Shown here: positions 34,891-38,131 of the stretch, in pieces | How positions within the stretch are numbered: the first letter of the stretch is position 1 | Layout: each line of letters begins with the position of its first letter | Assembly (NCBI RefSeq): GCF_001194135.2 | Contig: NC_068982.1 | Location: 32,285,004 to 32,323,134 of the forward strand | DNA length: 38,131 nt | Direction: 5' to 3' | Origin: Octopus bimaculoides | Taxonomy: Eukaryota | Position numbers and translations under genes: made by a program | The notes under the pieces: generated by a model | Seen by the model: only the letters and a program-made list of their open reading frames with translations | Told to the model about the DNA's origin: nothing | Databases searched by the model: none

Positions 34891-35114
34891 ATTCATTTTG
34901 TCCCACGAATGCTAGACCTCATAGTTCATATACAATTTCACTCGCACATCTGAGAATGACTAAATGCACAAACATTCAAAATATCAAGAAGCCATCTGGC
35001 TGATTGACAAAAAGTTCTCACCTACATGTGACAGTTTCTAGATCTTGACGAGCCTCTACGTGATCGGTCAATCTTCTAAAATGCCTGCTAAATACATCCA
35101 ACTATCTTTAACAA

Positions 35115-35565
35115 CGGTTTCAAATTTTGGCACAAGGCTAACAATTTCGGGGAGGGCTAAGTTGATCACATCGACCACAGTGTAAACTGTTACTTATTTC
35201 ATCGATTCCGAAAAGATGAATGACAAAGTCGACCCCGATGGCATTTGAACTTAGAACGGAAAGTGGGAAGAAACGCCAATAAATATTTCTTTTTTTTTCC
35301 GGTGCTGTAAAGATTCTGCCAACTCGCCGCCTTAACTATCTTTAATAATCTTTCTAATATAGACAGAAGGCCTGAAACATTTTAGGGAGGGGTTAGTCGA
35401 TTACATCGATTCCAGTGCTTGACTGATTCTTATTTTATCGGCTCCGAAAGAATGAAAAGCTAAGTCGGCCTCGACAGAATTTGAACTCAGAACTTGATGA
35501 CAGTCGAAATTCCACTAAGCATTTTTCTCGGCGTTCTAACAGTTCTCCCAGCGCGCCGCCTTTCA
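35115..35565 (-). mobile_element. Two tandem SINE family B copies, minus strand
   Basis: Heads ctcgccgcctt (~35325-35335) and cgcgccgcctt (~35552-35562); cores atgaaa..aagtcg. Confidence 0.85.
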
Positions 35566-35879
35566 ACAATCTGTAATAATGAAAAGTGTATACCGTACTT
35601 CATCTAGAACAGCATTATCTTATATCCTGTATAATTTAAGATTAGGGTTGATGGTTGGAATACCATTGATCATAGATAAATCTATCAAATCGGGGTTGAT
35701 TTAGTCTCAAATAACGACTAAGCAATTGTCACACAGCTTCATTTTTCTACTCCTTCTACTGCCATCCCAATTTACAGGAAGACTATGGATGAAAGGGTTA
35801 TCAGACCGAAGCAGTTAATGTCCCTCTTGAAGTGATTGCAAAAAAAAAATGCATGGCTTCGAGAGAAACGACATTGTCA

Positions 35880-36350
35880 AGGGTTGAGGGATGCGCACAG
35901 TACTTAAAAGGCGGAGATGGGTACAATATGGGCATGTGGAAGAAGCATTCCACTGTGTATGTCAACCGAGCATTTTAGAGACTTTTAGTAATTGCTCTGG
36001 GCGAAAGTAGGTGAGATTTTATGATCCGCTTTTGCTTTACTGAGTACGTTTGGTGATGAGGCCGAGCATTTGAAACGAGCTTGAGCTTTCCGTGTGCTTT
36101 TCCTGTAGATGAAGTGGAATGCTGAGATTCTTTTTTATTACGCTGTTGAAGGAAACAAATTTTCTCCGAGTCGTTCCATGATATTTTCGGAAGGTTTCTG
36201 GTCCTAATAACATAGAATTTTTGGCATGTACTGTTTGGATGTGTGGATAACACTTATGTAAGGAAAATTAGAAAGTAAAGAGGGATGATTTCATCTGTGT
36301 AGGAATGGGCGTTGCTTGGGGTGGGAAATTTCTGGTTGCCATTTCAATAG
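35880..36350 (-). mobile_element. Possible decayed CR1/Jockey-like LINE 3' ORF relic
   Basis: Minus strand shows faint LQQR.. and ..WN.. spacing typical of these C-termini; many stops. Confidence 0.25.
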
Positions 36351-36667
36351 TCGCACTACTGACAGATATTACGGTTAGGATCTTTTGGAGAGGTTATGTT
36401 TTACATATTAATTGTTAGCAATATTGTGAATAAACAACGACAGGTAAAAAAAACGTATTCTTATACTGAGTGTACAATCAGACGGGAGACAGACATAGAA
36501 GGCCCCTAATTCTTATACATATATATAAGTTGATTTTACGAATTGGTTTCGCGAACTAGGAGGGAATTGAAGACAGTGTTTGTCTTAAGAATGGCCATAC
36601 TTTCATACCAGCACTTTGGGCAAACACTATCTTGTGTTCTCTTTTAAACTCCCCCCCNNNNNNNNNN

Positions 36668-36712
<45 letters not shown>

Positions 36713-36739
36713 ATAATGTGAGAGAGAGAGAGAGAGATA

Positions 36740-36990
36740 GTGAAGGCACGTGGTTTAATAATAGGTTATTCGACTCATAATCGTGCAAGTACAAATGAGT
36801 TGTACTTGTAATTCAAAGGCCCAGCCTTGTCTCATTCTGTGTCACGCTGGTAAACCCTGAAACTACGTTAAGGGTATGCGTATCTGTGGCGTGCTTAACC
36901 ACTTCGACGTTAATTTCACGAGCAGGCTATTCCATTGGTTGGATCGACTGGAACCCTCGCTGTCGCAATCGACAGAATACCAGTTTACAA
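36740..36990 (+). mobile_element. SINE family D (head shared with C, distinct body; B-box region deleted)
   Basis: gtgaaggcacgtgg head as in family C; body cacgttaatttcacgagcagg-like recognised as an octopod repeat. Confidence 0.6.
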
Positions 36991-37036
36991 ACACACGCAC
37001 ACACATGCATATGATATATATATATATATATAATCT

Positions 37037-37761
37037 AAATAAAGATGTATTATTACCGTTATTAATGATAATAGTACGATAATAATAAGGTGGCTAGCAA
37101 GTTTACACCTTTACAGGCAAAATTTACACCTTTACAGGCTAAATTTAGATTCAGTAAGGTATTTATATACCGCTTGCTAAAATCAGAGCCAAGGCTACAA
37201 AACCACCAGAAACTCACTATAAAGATACACATGGGCAATGCAATGAACCTAGGAGAAACAGGCTTACCTTGTCTTGAATACATAAGGAAGGAATATATAT
37301 TTCAATACCAATTGATTTCACCCTCTGTATGATAAGCATACACTGGGATCGTCAGTTGAAAATAACATTGTTAATATCTATTTCTAAAATATTCATCACA
37401 TTAGCTCGTATGCCGTCTTTACTTTAAACGAAAACTATTCAAAAGAAAACTATTGTGAGCAAGAATAAATTGAAATAAAAATGTATTATTACCGTTATTA
37501 ATGATAATAATAAGATAATAACAAGGCAGCTAGCAAGTTTACACCTTTACAGGCAAAATATAAGCTAAATTTAGATTCAGTAGTGTATTTATATACCACT
37601 TGCTAAAATATATATTCCTTGCTTGTGTATTCAAGACAAGGTAAGCCTATTTCTCCTATGTTCATTGCATTGCCCGTGTGTATCTTTACAGTGAGTTTCT
37701 GGTGGTTTTGGAGCAATGGCTCTGATTTTAGTAAGTGATATATAGACACACTACTGAATCT
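37037..37761. repeat. Local duplication with inversion
   Basis: 37045-37183 repeated directly at 37481-37609; 37606-37761 is the reverse complement of 37147-37302. Confidence 0.92.
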
Positions 37762-37981
37762 TTCTATTTATTTATTTATCTATCTAACTATATATATATA
37801 TATTTGTTTTGCAAGATTTTTTATGTGAAATCGTGTGTTGAAACAGATGTTGTTGTACTTGGGGATGGTCATGTTGCCAGTTTAGCCAATAAAAACACAC
37901 GCACTGTATATTTGGTGTTAATTTTCTTTTTCTTTTTTTTTTTTTTTCAGCTTTATATTACATTAATCTTAATCTTAATCC

Positions 37982-38026
37982 GGCCAGAGTTCTTTCGTCA
38001 CACTTCTGTGACCTCATCAGTGGTCC
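37982..38026 (-). ncRNA. Predicted minimal type I hammerhead ribozyme, canonical core
   Basis: Minus: GGACCA CUGAUGA G GUCACA gaag UGUGAC GAAA GAACUC UGGCC; 6-bp stem II, CUC triplet, stem I 3 bp plus mismatch plus 1 bp. Confidence 0.7.
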
Positions 38027-38131
38027 TTTGTTTCCTTCTTCTTTCTTATGTGTGTCTCACCTTGCTAACTATCAGCCATTTTGTATTTTGTATTCCTATT
38101 GTATGTGTCTACGCATGCGTGTCCTTCAATG

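Larger units (their letters stand above)
5534..36667. other. Assembly gaps at 5534-5652, 6507-6862, 17033-17750, 26686-26822, 29578-29988, 36658-36667
   Basis: N runs, mostly flanked by microsatellites or SINEs. Confidence 0.99.

Noticed and set aside
1-38131. CRISPR arrays, operons, rRNA or intact transposase/RT genes
   Set aside because: None seen; the repeats are dispersed eukaryotic elements and all coding relics are interrupted.

Overview
AT-rich, gap-containing eukaryotic non-coding DNA. By my recognition of its SINE families and microsatellites it is most likely a coleoid cephalopod (Octopus-like); this is an inference, not a database result. No intact host gene is supported: the listed ORFs are microsatellite, N-gap or decayed-transposon products. 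The window is a mosaic of at least five tRNA-derived SINE families, decayed Tc1/mariner transposases and a mariner-derived MITE (4 copies), hAT-like MITEs, a non-autonomous Helitron with a PIF1-helicase remnant, an R4/Dong 3' end in (TAA)n, and faint RTE, CR1 and integrase relics. The most interesting signal is two minimal type I hammerhead-ribozyme motifs on the minus strand. They share an unusual architecture: an extra G after A9 and a 2-bp stem III with a 2-nt loop, palindromic or near-palindromic. The one at 24523-24573 has the C3-G8 tertiary pair swapped to G3-C8 (core GUGAACA). It lies in a discrete 150-bp insertion flanked by a 10-bp direct repeat, with an apparent empty-site paralog about 1.9 kb downstream. 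Ribozyme activity is predicted from sequence only.
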